A stretch of DNA of 64,000 nucleotides, taken from contig CBDHHL010000056.1 in assembly GCA_965263355.1 (NCBI GenBank), forward strand, positions 992,001-1,056,000, written 5' to 3'. The notes below the pieces were generated by a model. It saw only the letters and a list, made by a program, of their open reading frames with translations, was not told the origin of the DNA and ran no database searches. Both the position numbers and the translations under genes were made by a program. This DNA comes from Leptolyngbyaceae cyanobacterium. Its GTDB lineage: Bacteria > Cyanobacteriota > Cyanobacteriia > Phormidesmidales > Phormidesmidaceae. Below are positions 31,041-40,980 of this stretch, in pieces; position 1 is the first letter of the stretch; each line of letters opens with the position of its first letter.

Positions 31041-33245
31041 TCATTTAGAGATAGTGCGAGTGGCACCGTTGGAACTAGAAGCAGTGTCAAAGCAGTGGGG
31101 ACAGGCTAACAAAACTAGCGACCAGGCCGCCACAGGAACTTTTTGATCATGGTCATATACGGGGCCCTTGTCTACAAACCCTGTAGGATTTTTCGTATCT
31201 AGAATAACGCGCCAATCTTTACGTTCTACCGTTGGTGGCAGAGAAAATTCCTGGAGTTCGGGATAGGCGTTAAAAAAGACCAGAAAACTGTCGTCAATCA
31301 TACGTTGGCCTTGGTCATCGGTGTTGAGAATTTCTTCTCCGTTGAGAAAGATACTGATGGCTTTGGAACTGCCATCGTGCCAGTCTTCTTCACTGATAAT
31401 GGTGCCGTCAGGATTAAACCAACCGATGTCAATGACGCCGGACCCATGGATCTCTCGACCCAAGAACCACTGACGACGACAGAGGATGGGATGCTGTTTA
31501 CGAAACTCAATCAGACGCTGGGTAAAGGTAAACAGTTCTTTGTTTTTATAGCGGTAGCTCCAATCAAACCAAGCAATTTCATTATCCTGGCAGTAGGTGT
31601 TATTGTTACCCTGCTGGGTACGGCCCATTTCATCACCACCTAATATCATGGGTACACCCTGGGAGAGAAATAAGGTGGCAAGAAGATTGCGTTGTTGTTG
31701 CGATCGCAACAACAAAATCTCCTCATTCTCCGTCTCACCCTCCGCACCACAGTTCCAGGAACGGTTATAGCTTTCACCATCCCGATTACCTTCACCATTG
31801 GCCTCATTATGCTTTTCGTTGTAGCTCACCAGATCGTGCAGGGTAAAGCCATCGTGGGCAGTAATAAAATTAATACTGGCATGGGGCAGTTTTCCATTGG
31901 CCTGGTAAAGGTCAGAGCTGCCCGTAAACCGAAACGCAAACTCACCTAAACGACAGTGATGGTCACGCCAAAAGTCTCGCATAGTATCCCGATATTTCCC
32001 ATTCCATTCAGACCAGAGTAAGGGGAAATTGCCCACCTGATAGCCACCTTCCCCCAGATCCCAGGGTTCTGCAATCAGTTTGGTTGTCGATAGTACTGGA
32101 TCTTGATGAATAATATGAAAAAAGGCAGCGAGACTATTCACCTCGTATAGTTCACGGGCCAGGGCTGACGCTAAATCAAACCGGAAACCGTCCACATGCA
32201 TTTCCTGTACCCAGTAACGCAGGCTGTCCATAATTAACTTGAGCACTTGGGGATGGCATACATTTAGAGAATTACCACAGCCGGTAAAGTCCATATAGTA
32301 GCGGGGAGTACGCTCCACCAGCCGATAGTAAGCTTCATTGTCGATACCCCGTAGGGACAGGGTAGGGCCAAAGTGATTACCTTCCCCCGTGTGGTTATAC
32401 ACCACATCTAAAATGACCTCGATACCTTCCTGGTGTAGCGCCTTGACCATGGCCTTAAACTCATTTACCTGACCGCCCTCATCCCCAGCGGCACTGTAGC
32501 CGGCAAAGGGAGAAAAATAGTTAATTGAGTCATAGCCCCAGTAATTATGCAGACCAACACTGACTAAATGCCCAGGGTAAGCATTGTAATGGTGGACGGG
32601 TAGCAGCTCGACAGCGGTCACACCCAAGGCTTTGAGATGCTCAATGGCGGCAGGATGGCTCAGACCAGCATAGGTGCCCTGGAGTTCAGGTGGAATATTG
32701 GGATGCTGGCGGGTAAATCCCTTGACATGGACTTCGTAGATGATCGTTTCATGCCAGGGGGTATCGGGATGACGGTCATCGCCCCAATCAAAGTGCTGAT
32801 CGATAACGATGCCCTTGGGTACGTATGGCCGATTATCCAGGGTGGACTTTTCTAGGTCGCGATCGCTATCAGCAAAGCGGTCCATGGGATAGCCAAAAAT
32901 AGCCGGGCCAAATTTCATATCACCGCTAATGGCTAGGGCATAGGGGTCTAACAGTAACTTATTAGGGTTAAATCGTTTACCCTCTTTGGGTTTGTAGGGA
33001 CCATAGGCACGGTATCCGTAGCGTTGCCCTGGTCCTACCTCCGGTAAATAACCATGCCATACATGGTTAGTCACCTCCGGTAGGGTAAACCGTTGTTCGT
33101 TACCCTGCGGATCAAACAGGCATAGCTCTATCGCCGTGGCATTTTCTGAGAAAACCGCAAAATTTGTACCCTGACCGTCCCAGGTAGCGCCCAAGGGATG
33201 GGAACGACCTGGCCATACTGCTAACGACATGATGCAATACATCAA
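31041..33245 (-). CDS. glgX: glycogen debranching enzyme (isoamylase)
   Basis: HPLGATWDG, NYWGYD, DVVYNHTGEG, DGFRFDLA, AEPWD and TAHDGFTL motifs. Confidence 0.97.
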   Translation of the reverse strand: MMYCIMSLAVWPGRSHPLGATWDGQGTNFAVFSENATAIELCLFDPQGNEQRFTLPEVTNHVWHGYLPEVGPGQRYGYRAYGPYKPKEGKRFNPNKLLLDPYALAISGDMKFGPAIFGYPMDRFADSDRDLEKSTLDNRPYVPKGIVIDQHFDWGDDRHPDTPWHETIIYEVHVKGFTRQHPNIPPELQGTYAGLSHPAAIEHLKALGVTAVELLPVHHYNAYPGHLVSVGLHNYWGYDSINYFSPFAGYSAAGDEGGQVNEFKAMVKALHQEGIEVILDVVYNHTGEGNHFGPTLSLRGIDNEAYYRLVERTPRYYMDFTGCGNSLNVCHPQVLKLIMDSLRYWVQEMHVDGFRFDLASALARELYEVNSLAAFFHIIHQDPVLSTTKLIAEPWDLGEGGYQVGNFPLLWSEWNGKYRDTMRDFWRDHHCRLGEFAFRFTGSSDLYQANGKLPHASINFITAHDGFTLHDLVSYNEKHNEANGEGNRDGESYNRSWNCGAEGETENEEILLLRSQQQRNLLATLFLSQGVPMILGGDEMGRTQQGNNNTYCQDNEIAWFDWSYRYKNKELFTFTQRLIEFRKQHPILCRRQWFLGREIHGSGVIDIGWFNPDGTIISEEDWHDGSSKAISIFLNGEEILNTDDQGQRMIDDSFLVFFNAYPELQEFSLPPTVERKDWRVILDTKNPTGFVDKGPVYDHDQKVPVAAWSLVLLACPHCFDTASSSNGATRTISK

Positions 33246-33417
33246 AACTGTCTTATATAGTAAGCCTCTGATTTTTTTCGCTGTTACCTGAAAACTAGAA
33301 GGCTGGCATTGAGAACAGCATAATCCCTAGACTCTGTCCGTATTCCAAGTTAATTTTGCGAAGAAAAAATGAAGGGCATCACCCCCTCTAAAAAGCTTTG
33401 GTGAGCTTTTTGCTTTA

Positions 33418-33477
33418 TTAAACCTGGCTTAATTTAACATAATCTTTTCTTAATCTTATTTTTAATTTCCTTAACCT
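33418..33477 (+). promoter_or_regulatory. putative Pho box cluster (SphR/PhoB)
   Basis: CTTAATTT, CATAATCT, CTTAATCT, TTTAATTT and CTTAACCT at roughly 10-11 bp period upstream of a 5'-nucleotidase. Confidence 0.55.
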
Positions 33478-33578
33478 CCACTCGGTAGATTTTCATTAAG
33501 GGGAACCAGGCTAACCGCTAGTGGGTGGTCCTGAGTGGCAAAACAGAAATTTTTCCATAGAGAGCTTTAAGTATTAGT

Positions 33579-35495
33579 ATGAAACGGTTCGAATTATTAG
33601 GTCGCATGGCTGCTATGGCTGCGACCGTCAGTTTGGTGAGCTTGGCTGGAAATGAAGCGGCCCAGGCATTTAGTCTGACTATTTTGCATAATAATGACGG
33701 CGAATCTGACCTACTGATTGGAGATGACGGTTTTGGTGGCGTCGCTCAGTTTGTAGGTGAAGTCAATAACATTCGCAATAACGCAACGACAGATGATGTT
33801 TTAGTCCTTTCCTCTGGGGATAACTTTCTTCCAGGTAAGGAGTTTAATGCCAGCCTAGCTGACGGTGTTTTCTATGATGCCATTGGTCTACGTAATATTG
33901 GCTACGATGCCATTATTCTGGGGAACCACGACTTTGACTTTGGCCCCGAAATTCTGGCCGATTTCATCAGTGAATACAATGCTATCGGCGGGGGTGCGAC
34001 TTACCTGAGTGCTAACCTTGACTTCTCAGGCGAAGCAGGCCTTCAGGCACTTGTAGACAATGGCAGCATTGCTAAGAGCATCGTTGTTGAAAAAGCAGGC
34101 GAGCAAATTGGTATCGTTGGTGCAACTACGCCTAACTTGCCCTTTATTGCTAGCCCCGGCAACGTTGTTGTTAGTCAGGATGTACAAGCAGCTGTTCAAG
34201 CTGAGATTGATGCTCTAGACGCGGCTGGTGTAGAGAACATTATTTTTGTTAGCCACTTGCAAGGGGTAGCTGAAGATCAAGAACTGATCGCTCAGTTAAG
34301 TGGTGTGGATGTTGCGATCGCAGGTGGTGGTGACGAAATTCTCGACAGCGGCGACACTGGTAACCTGATTCCTGGTGATGAAGGTGAAGTAACAAATACT
34401 TACCCCATCACTGTTACCGATGCCGATGGCAATGATGTCCCCGTTGTCACCACAGCAGGTCAGTATCGCTACGTTGGTCAGCTAGTGGTTGAATTCGAAA
34501 ATGGTGTAGCTACCGTTATCGAGCCGGGTACAGTCAGTGACCCCGTTGCTGTTATTGGTGAAACAGATGCAGCCACTCAGAATGCTGTGTCTGCTCCAGT
34601 TGAAGCGGCTGTTGCTGTCATTGATAATAACGTTATTGCGACTTCTGACGTTGGTCTAGACGGTATTACCGACAATATCCGATCTCGTGAAACTAATCTG
34701 GGTAACCTGATTGCTGATTCCTTCCTATGGCAAGCCAATGAGGCTGCGGCTGACTTTGGCCTTGGCAGTGTGGATATTGCCCTTGCTAATGGTGGCGGTA
34801 TCCGTAACGATAACGTTCTGCCTGCTGGCGATTTGACTGAGGGTGACACGTTTGACATACTGCCCTTTACTAACTTCCTCAGTGTTTTTGAAGAGATTGA
34901 TGGTGTTACCCTCAAGAATCTGCTTGAGAATGCCGTCTCTCGTATTGTTCTAGATGCTAACGGTGAGCCCCAGCGTGAAGGTGACGGTACAGGCCGCTTT
35001 GCTCAAATAGCGGGTCTTAGCCTTGAGTACAATCCTGAGCTAACAGCGCTGGCAATTGATGTGGATGGGAACATTACTACATCTGGTGAGCGCGTCATCA
35101 ACGTGACTCTCGATGATGGTACAGCCATCATTCAGGATGGTCAGATTCTACCCGATGCGCCCAGTGTTTCCTTGGCCATTGTTGATTTCTTAGCTCGTGG
35201 CGGTGACCAGTATCCCTTTGGTGATGCATCCTTCACTAACTTGGGTGTGACCTATCAACAAGCATTGGTTAACTACATCACCGATGAACTCGGGGGTGTA
35301 GTTTCAGCCGCTGACTATCCTGAGGGTGGTGAAGGCCGTACGTTAGTGACCAGTGCCCTACCCGTTGCCCCCCCGGTAGTGATTCCCCCGGTGGTTGTTC
35401 CCCCAACGTCTGAGTCTGTACCTGAGCCTGGCATGGTTGCTGGTCTAGTTGGGTTGGGCTTGTTTGGTGTCCGTCGCCTAAAGCGTCAAGCCTAA
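33579..35495 (+). CDS. secreted 5'-nucleotidase/metallophosphatase with a PEP-CTERM sorting signal
   Basis: Signal peptide; ILHNNDGES, SSGDNF, LGNHDFD and NGGGIR motifs; VPEP plus TM plus basic tail. Confidence 0.92.
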   Translation: MKRFELLGRMAAMAATVSLVSLAGNEAAQAFSLTILHNNDGESDLLIGDDGFGGVAQFVGEVNNIRNNATTDDVLVLSSGDNFLPGKEFNASLADGVFYDAIGLRNIGYDAIILGNHDFDFGPEILADFISEYNAIGGGATYLSANLDFSGEAGLQALVDNGSIAKSIVVEKAGEQIGIVGATTPNLPFIASPGNVVVSQDVQAAVQAEIDALDAAGVENIIFVSHLQGVAEDQELIAQLSGVDVAIAGGGDEILDSGDTGNLIPGDEGEVTNTYPITVTDADGNDVPVVTTAGQYRYVGQLVVEFENGVATVIEPGTVSDPVAVIGETDAATQNAVSAPVEAAVAVIDNNVIATSDVGLDGITDNIRSRETNLGNLIADSFLWQANEAAADFGLGSVDIALANGGGIRNDNVLPAGDLTEGDTFDILPFTNFLSVFEEIDGVTLKNLLENAVSRIVLDANGEPQREGDGTGRFAQIAGLSLEYNPELTALAIDVDGNITTSGERVINVTLDDGTAIIQDGQILPDAPSVSLAIVDFLARGGDQYPFGDASFTNLGVTYQQALVNYITDELGGVVSAADYPEGGEGRTLVTSALPVAPPVVIPPVVVPPTSESVPEPGMVAGLVGLGLFGVRRLKRQA

Positions 35496-35562
35496 AAGTA
35501 AGTAGGAAATTAAGCGGGGTGACGGTGTAGATTGACGCCTTAACCATCTTGACAAACCAGTT

Positions 35563-35602
35563 AAAAAGCAGAGAAACCACCAGCGGATTTCTCTGCTTTT
35601 TT
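35563..35602 (+). terminator. intrinsic (possibly bidirectional) terminator
   Basis: AAAAAGCAGAGAAA...TTTCTCTGCTTTTTT. Confidence 0.75.
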
Positions 35603-35711
35603 GTGATAAAAATCACATGAGCCTTAACAATCGATCACTCAAATTTTTGTGGAAATCGAGCCACAATAAATGAATTCGTAAATATATAGAGTTGTGAAAA
35701 TCGCTAAATCA

Positions 35712-35834
35712 ATGCCCAAAGTTTGTACTAAACCTTTGAAGCAGCAGCCATTTCATACCTATCGTGATCCCAAAACTGGGCGTTGGTATGTGATCCGTAA
35801 ACCGGCTCCTATGAAACTCGCTGCTGTAAAGTAG
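35712..35834 (+). CDS. 40-aa small protein missing from the ORF track
   Basis: MPKVCTKPLKQQPFHTYRDPKTGRWYVIRKPAPMKLAAVK*; contains a YRDPxTGRW motif. Confidence 0.5.
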   Translation: MPKVCTKPLKQQPFHTYRDPKTGRWYVIRKPAPMKLAAVK

Positions 35835-35906
35835 TTTTTGTAAAATCAACATAGGAATATGCTGTTTGGGTGCGACAATAGCGAGGAAAATCGTCGCTAG
35901 TCCCTG

Positions 35907-36854
35907 ATGCCCCAAGCCTATCCCCCCATTGCCCCCTACCGACAGGGGCACCTGTCAGTTTCTTCGCTTCATACGCTCTATTTTGAAGAGGTCGGGAACC
36001 CAACGGGTAAACCTGTTGTGTTTTTACACGGTGGCCCTGGGGGAGGAACGGTGCCATTTTATCGCCAGTTTTTTGATCCAGAACGGTGGCGTATCATTCT
36101 CTTTGACCAAAGGGGATGTGGGCAAAGCACTCCCCGTGCTGAGCTGGTTGATAACACCACCTGGGACTTGGTGGATGATATTGAACGATTGCGATCTCAC
36201 CTCGCCATTGATCGATGGACTGTCTTTGGTGGCAGCTGGGGGAGTACCCTTGCTCTGGCCTATGCCCAGCGCTATCCGCAACAATGTACAGGGCTGATTT
36301 TGCGGGGTATTTTTATGCTGCGGCCCAAGGAGATTCGTTGGTTTTACCAAGAAGGTGCCAGCTATATTTTTCCGGATGCTTGGGAGCATTATTTGGCACC
36401 CATTCCTGAAACAGAGCGCCACGATTTAGTGACGGCTTACTACCAACGCTTAACCAGTCCTGAGCCACAGATTCGCCAGCAAGCAGCTCGGGCCTGGGCT
36501 ATGTGGGAAGCTAGTACCAGCTATCTGATTCAAAACCCCCAAATCATTGAGCGATTTAGCCAGGATGAGTTTGCTGATGCCTTTGCCCGGATTGAATGCC
36601 ACTACTTTATCAATGGTGGCTTCTTTAATCCGGCTGATCAGCTCCTAAAACATATCGCTAAAATTCGCCATATTCCAGCTGTGATTGTTCAGGGGCGCTA
36701 TGACATGGTGTGCCCCATGGCATCCGCCTGGGAATTACATTGTACCTGGCCCGAAGCAGAGCTAGTTGTTATTCCCGATGCCGGACATTCAGCAACGGAA
36801 CCCGGTATTTTGAGCGCCTTAGTGGAGGCAACCAATCGGTTTGCCCTCATGTAA
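35907..36854 (+). CDS. pip: proline iminopeptidase
   Basis: HGGPGGG, DQRGCG, GGSWGS and DAGHS motifs. Confidence 0.95.
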   Translation: MPQAYPPIAPYRQGHLSVSSLHTLYFEEVGNPTGKPVVFLHGGPGGGTVPFYRQFFDPERWRIILFDQRGCGQSTPRAELVDNTTWDLVDDIERLRSHLAIDRWTVFGGSWGSTLALAYAQRYPQQCTGLILRGIFMLRPKEIRWFYQEGASYIFPDAWEHYLAPIPETERHDLVTAYYQRLTSPEPQIRQQAARAWAMWEASTSYLIQNPQIIERFSQDEFADAFARIECHYFINGGFFNPADQLLKHIAKIRHIPAVIVQGRYDMVCPMASAWELHCTWPEAELVVIPDAGHSATEPGILSALVEATNRFALM

Positions 36855-36868
36855 AAATGCTGGTGCAA

Positions 36869-37342
36869 TCAGCCCAACACTACCACAGCTATTGAAACAA
36901 ACGCGATCACCAAGGTCAGGCTCACAATGCGTTTTAGTGCCATGGTCCGGCGGTATTGATGGAGCGTGGGCAGTGGGGTCTCCCTATGGTTTAAACGGTT
37001 GTGAGGAGGGCAGCCTTGGTAGTCAAGCTGATTATTGTGGATAGCTTGATTCGCCCAAGGATCGATGGTGTATAAACAGGGCTTGAGTAAGGAATCAAGT
37101 TCTTTATCCCGCCAACCGGCAGAGGCTAGGAGCTGTCGGGCTCGATGAAGTGTGGTGGGCGTAATGGTTGTAGCTTTTATTACATCCCCATCGTTTTTTT
37201 GGTGAGTTTGGTTGCCTAGCTGATGAAATGCGGCTTGAGGCAGAGGGAATACAAGTACACCGTTAATTTCACCAGGAAACCAGCCCTCAGTTAGCAATAA
37301 CTCTGCGACATCCAGTTCTGTTTTCAGCGAGAGAGCGCTCAT
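36869..37342 (-). CDS. hypothetical protein with a C-terminal TM helix
   Basis: 157 aa ORF with a hydrophobic tail. Confidence 0.6.
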   Translation of the reverse strand: MSALSLKTELDVAELLLTEGWFPGEINGVLVFPLPQAAFHQLGNQTHQKNDGDVIKATTITPTTLHRARQLLASAGWRDKELDSLLKPCLYTIDPWANQAIHNNQLDYQGCPPHNRLNHRETPLPTLHQYRRTMALKRIVSLTLVIAFVSIAVVVLG

Positions 37343-37743
37343 CGATCACGCTATATAAGTGTTCTCACTGAAACTAACATAGCCTTCTTGACTATCCTTA
37401 AGGCGGTCTGAGGCTATTACATAGGTTTCATCGAAGTGGCTGCGTAGCTGAACTATCCTTCATCAGGATTTCATGGCGGTGGCTGACTGGAACTTCTATT
37501 TAAGCCAGTTGTCGTAGGACAGTAGGCATGATCCGACAGGTGTATTTATTTGAGAAAAGAATTTCTACGTTGGAAAATCTATGAGGAAACAAGCAAAATT
37601 GTTGTGAAGGATTGGTTATTCGCCATGAGCCCCAGTGCTTGTTTCTGTAACTGTAAACACTGATTAAATTATTAATTTCATGTCTAAGCTACCGCTATCG
37701 CACTGATCTGGTTTTGCCCTGAGATGATTAGGCTAAGGGTAGC

Positions 37744-38913
37744 TTGGGCATTAATAACGACAGGAATACTGATTTATTTATTATGGATATGTATAGTTGG
37801 TACGCACGACAACGAGCACGTTTGGCCTACCGGCGTGGTTGCACATTGGCAAGACAGGGAAATCATCAGAGTGCGATCGCAATTCTATCCAAAGCATTAG
37901 CCTATTCTTCTGATCCGGCATCCGTATATGTGACCCGTGGCTTAAGCTATCGTGCTTTGGGCCAACTAGACAGCGCCCGTCAAGATTTTATAGCGGCCAT
38001 TAACAGTGCAGAAAATCCAGCAGTTGCCTACTTTCAGCGTGGTCGCCTGGCCTGTGAACAAGGAGATATAGCTGCCGCCCTAAGTGACTGGCAACAGGCA
38101 ATTCATGTGAGTCCTAACTATGCAGAGGCTCACTACCAGCTTGGTGTGGTTCAAAGTCAACACCATGACTGGACAGCGGCACTAGCCAGTTTTGACTGCG
38201 TCCTAACGATCAATCCCAACTGGGCTGAGGCCTATTTAAAGCGTGGTAATGTCCGTCATCAGCTAGAAGATTTAGACGGGGCCAGAGCCGATTGGCAACT
38301 GGCGGTGCTCAATGATGCATCATTAGCGCAGTTGGTACCCCCTGTTGCCCAACCAGATGGGTTAACCCCGATTAGAGAGCTACTGCAAGCAGCACTTCAG
38401 CCCATTAAGGTAGATGTTAAACAACGGGGCAAACACCTGGAAATTTCGCTTAAGCGTCAAGTGGGTGAAGGGGTAAGTTATTTCACGCTGCCCAATCAAA
38501 TCCGTGATTTGCTATTGCCCCTAGAATTGTCAGAAATCACTAAGTTTACGCTGATTGGCTATGTGGGGAATGTACGTGGCTCCGAATGGGACAAAAGCTA
38601 TGACCTATATAAAGATCAACCCTGTCCACCTAGCCATTGGTCAACCGCACTTGCCGCACTAGTCACGTTTCCACCCTTAGGAGTAACTGCCTTACTCTAT
38701 GCCAGTCAGGTACAACGATTTTATCGTCGTGGTCAGTACCCTGATGCTCGTCGGGCGTCCAAAGCGGTTAGACATTTATCATTGGTTGGCACTGGTGCAA
38801 TGTGCCTACTGGCATCCTTACCCCTAGCTTACACAGCAGTCAAATCAATTCAAAATGAGCCTGCCCCCCCCGTTAGAACAGCACGGGCGATTGATTATGA
38901 CTTTATTCAATAG
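37744..38913 (+). CDS. TPR-repeat protein with a C-terminal CD225/dispanin-like domain
   Basis: Several TPRs (AYFQRG, AEAHYQLG, AEAYLKRG); PPSHW...FPPLGVTALLYASQV...GQY..ARRASK; true start probably the ATG near 37783. Confidence 0.8.
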   Translation: MGINNDRNTDLFIMDMYSWYARQRARLAYRRGCTLARQGNHQSAIAILSKALAYSSDPASVYVTRGLSYRALGQLDSARQDFIAAINSAENPAVAYFQRGRLACEQGDIAAALSDWQQAIHVSPNYAEAHYQLGVVQSQHHDWTAALASFDCVLTINPNWAEAYLKRGNVRHQLEDLDGARADWQLAVLNDASLAQLVPPVAQPDGLTPIRELLQAALQPIKVDVKQRGKHLEISLKRQVGEGVSYFTLPNQIRDLLLPLELSEITKFTLIGYVGNVRGSEWDKSYDLYKDQPCPPSHWSTALAALVTFPPLGVTALLYASQVQRFYRRGQYPDARRASKAVRHLSLVGTGAMCLLASLPLAYTAVKSIQNEPAPPVRTARAIDYDFIQ

Positions 38914-38964
38914 GTGTCGTATTGCTTTACTAGACAACGTTCGCCCTCGGGTACTGCTGTCATA

Positions 38965-39057
38965 GAGGAATGGCGGCCCTGGCGATCAGTCGCGGCCAGG
39001 CTACTGTGGCATTTTTATCTGAGTGAACGGCGACAGGTTTATCCCACTCTAAATTAG
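38965..39057 (+). pseudogene. C-terminal remnant of a DNA-3-methyladenine glycosylase (AlkA-like)
   Basis: EEWRPWRSVAARLLWHFYLSERR with no matching upstream coding sequence. Confidence 0.65.
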
Positions 39058-39142
39058 GATTTTTTTAGCTACATCCGGAATCATCAATTCTCAACGTGTT
39101 ACTGACTATAGCTCTCTAAGAGAATGTAGCTCTAACAGCGAA

Positions 39143-39180
39143 TTTATGGTTTTAATGCTATCCAGCATTAAAACCATAAA
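39143..39180. repeat. perfect 17-bp inverted repeat
   Basis: TTTATGGTTTTAATGCT-ATCC-AGCATTAAAACCATAAA. Confidence 0.9.
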
Positions 39181-39195
39181 GTTCTTCAAAATGGG

Positions 39196-39224
39196 TGGAC
39201 ATTATCATGCTACACGTGTAGCAT
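39196..39224 (+). promoter_or_regulatory. putative sigma70 promoter overlapped by an 18-bp palindromic operator
   Basis: TGGACA-17 nt-TAGCAT; perfect palindrome ATGCTACACGTGTAGCAT at 39207-39224. Confidence 0.6.
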
Positions 39225-39616
39225 AGTGAGTGACATAGAAAAAGCGACCCGGTCGAGTTGCTTTGGTTTGGCGTAATCTGCGTCCTTATTTATCAATTAT
39301 TCTGACACCAAAGGTATAGGTCCCATGAAGTTCTCTATAGAATTCAGCGTCATGCATAGATATTTAAATCTGTTTGGCCGTTTGACACGGGTGGTGCGGT
39401 GTCTAGGGATGGGATTTAGTTATCCGACCATTGGTGACCTTTGGACCAACGTAATTGATCACGCTGAATCAGAGCGTTGTGACGCGAGTAAATTATTCCA
39501 TGGCTCGATTATAGGTTATCTCAACCAACCAAAACTCAACCGACATAAACGAAGCGGGGAACCCAGGCGCTTAGCCACGTTACCCATCTAACCCCAAGAC
39601 CAACGCAGGTTTTTGG

Positions 39617-39657
39617 CCCCCGCTTCCCGGACCCGGAAGCGGGGGTTGATTATTTTT
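39617..39657 (+). terminator. terminator/attenuator hairpin upstream of the HNH gene
   Basis: CCCCCGCTTCC-CGGACCC-GGAAGCGGGGG followed by TTGATTATTTTT. Confidence 0.75.
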
Positions 39658-39688
39658 AGACATTTTTTTGGACTCCGAGGGCTTAGCC

Positions 39689-40207
39689 ATGACATTACAA
39701 CCGTATAAGCACGTATTGCCCAAACATCGACCCATCGTCCTCTTTTCCAAAAATTACCTTCCCATGGCGCGAATTAATTTGAAGCGAGCAACGGTTCTTT
39801 TAGTAACAGGTCGGGCAGAACCTGTAGATCTAATCGGGAAAACCTGGCAGATGCGATCGCCCAGCCTAACCCTTGAGATTCCTGAGCATATTCGTCTGCG
39901 GGCTGGGGATAGCGATCGCATCTGGAAGACGCCACCGGTTAATCGTCGCGAAGTCCTGCGGCGCGATGGCCATACTTGTCAATATTGCGGTAGCAAGCGG
40001 CAGCTCACGCTGGATCATGTGGTGCCGCGATCGCAAAGTGGCTCTCACACGTGGGATAACGTGGTTACCGCGTGCGCCCCCTGCAATGCCCGCAAAGGGG
40101 CCTTTACCCCTGAGGTTGCCAATATGCAGCTCAGGCGACGCCCCAAAGCGCCTATGCATCCAGTTGTCGCTTTTGCAAAAAATTTCTGGAAAGAGCAGAA
40201 GATTTAA
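39689..40207 (+). CDS. HNH endonuclease (McrA-like)
   Basis: RRDGHTCQYCG, LTLDHVVPRS and WDNVVTACAPCNARKG; ATG 39689 after GAGG. Confidence 0.93.
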   Translation: MTLQPYKHVLPKHRPIVLFSKNYLPMARINLKRATVLLVTGRAEPVDLIGKTWQMRSPSLTLEIPEHIRLRAGDSDRIWKTPPVNRREVLRRDGHTCQYCGSKRQLTLDHVVPRSQSGSHTWDNVVTACAPCNARKGAFTPEVANMQLRRRPKAPMHPVVAFAKNFWKEQKI

Positions 40208-40263
40208 TAGTTTGTGCCGCCGTCGGCATGTGATTGCCCTACTATCCATGGAGATTGTCAGCC

Positions 40264-40650
40264 GTGTTAAAGCTGAACTATAACGATTTCGGCTTATTCC
40301 TTGAACGGGTACCTATATCGTGGGAAACAGTTGCTAATCAGCGAGTCATATTAGCGATGCGCTCTGGTGAGCCCTTGCATCTAGACCCTAGCTGGGCTTC
40401 CTTTTTGTTACCTGTTGAATTATCTGGTGTTACTCGGCTTAAGTGCTTGCTACGGAAATATTCAGCAGATGCGATCGCACTAACCAAAGTTGACGATGAA
40501 TTTGTTGAAGTCAGCCTGAAAGGGATTTGGATGGCGAGTAGCGTTAACGCTGAATCTGGCACCTTTATTACTGCCCTTGCCTCTGAAAGCGAAATGTTAA
40601 TCTATGAACTGTGGCAAGCGACCCAACGACAGAATGCATATTTTGTATAA
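40264..40650 (+). CDS. Alr0857-family-like protein
   Basis: (M)LKLNYNDFGLFLERV...RVILAMRSG...PSWASFLLP...VEVSLKGIW; GTG start after GGAG. Confidence 0.7.
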   Translation: MLKLNYNDFGLFLERVPISWETVANQRVILAMRSGEPLHLDPSWASFLLPVELSGVTRLKCLLRKYSADAIALTKVDDEFVEVSLKGIWMASSVNAESGTFITALASESEMLIYELWQATQRQNAYFV

Positions 40651-40949
40651 CTGTTGAAGGTGAACTTAAAACGTTTTTTACTGTAGTTTTACAGTAGAGG
40701 TTGTGTCTTTAGTCAACATCTCCAGTTCCCTCTTTTGATCAGGGGGAACTAGGGGGACGTTGCGATCGCTAATATAAGTTTCCCCCTCCTGAAGTGCTCT
40801 TCTATGGGGGGAAACGTTAAGCTGGACAAATCTTGTCTATGTTAAGCATGTAAACATGTGAAACAATTGCCCATATTAAGTAGATGATCCTAATTAGTTA
40901 TCATCCCAACTCTGAATTCGTTAAACCCGATTAAAAATGGACAATCCTG

Positions 40950-40980
40950 TAGGGGCACTCCCTTGTGGATGCCCTGCGAT
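40950..40980. repeat. REP-like element, copy 1
   Basis: TAGGGGCACTCCCTTGTGGATGCCCTGCGAT, near-identical to 48643-48673. Confidence 0.7.
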
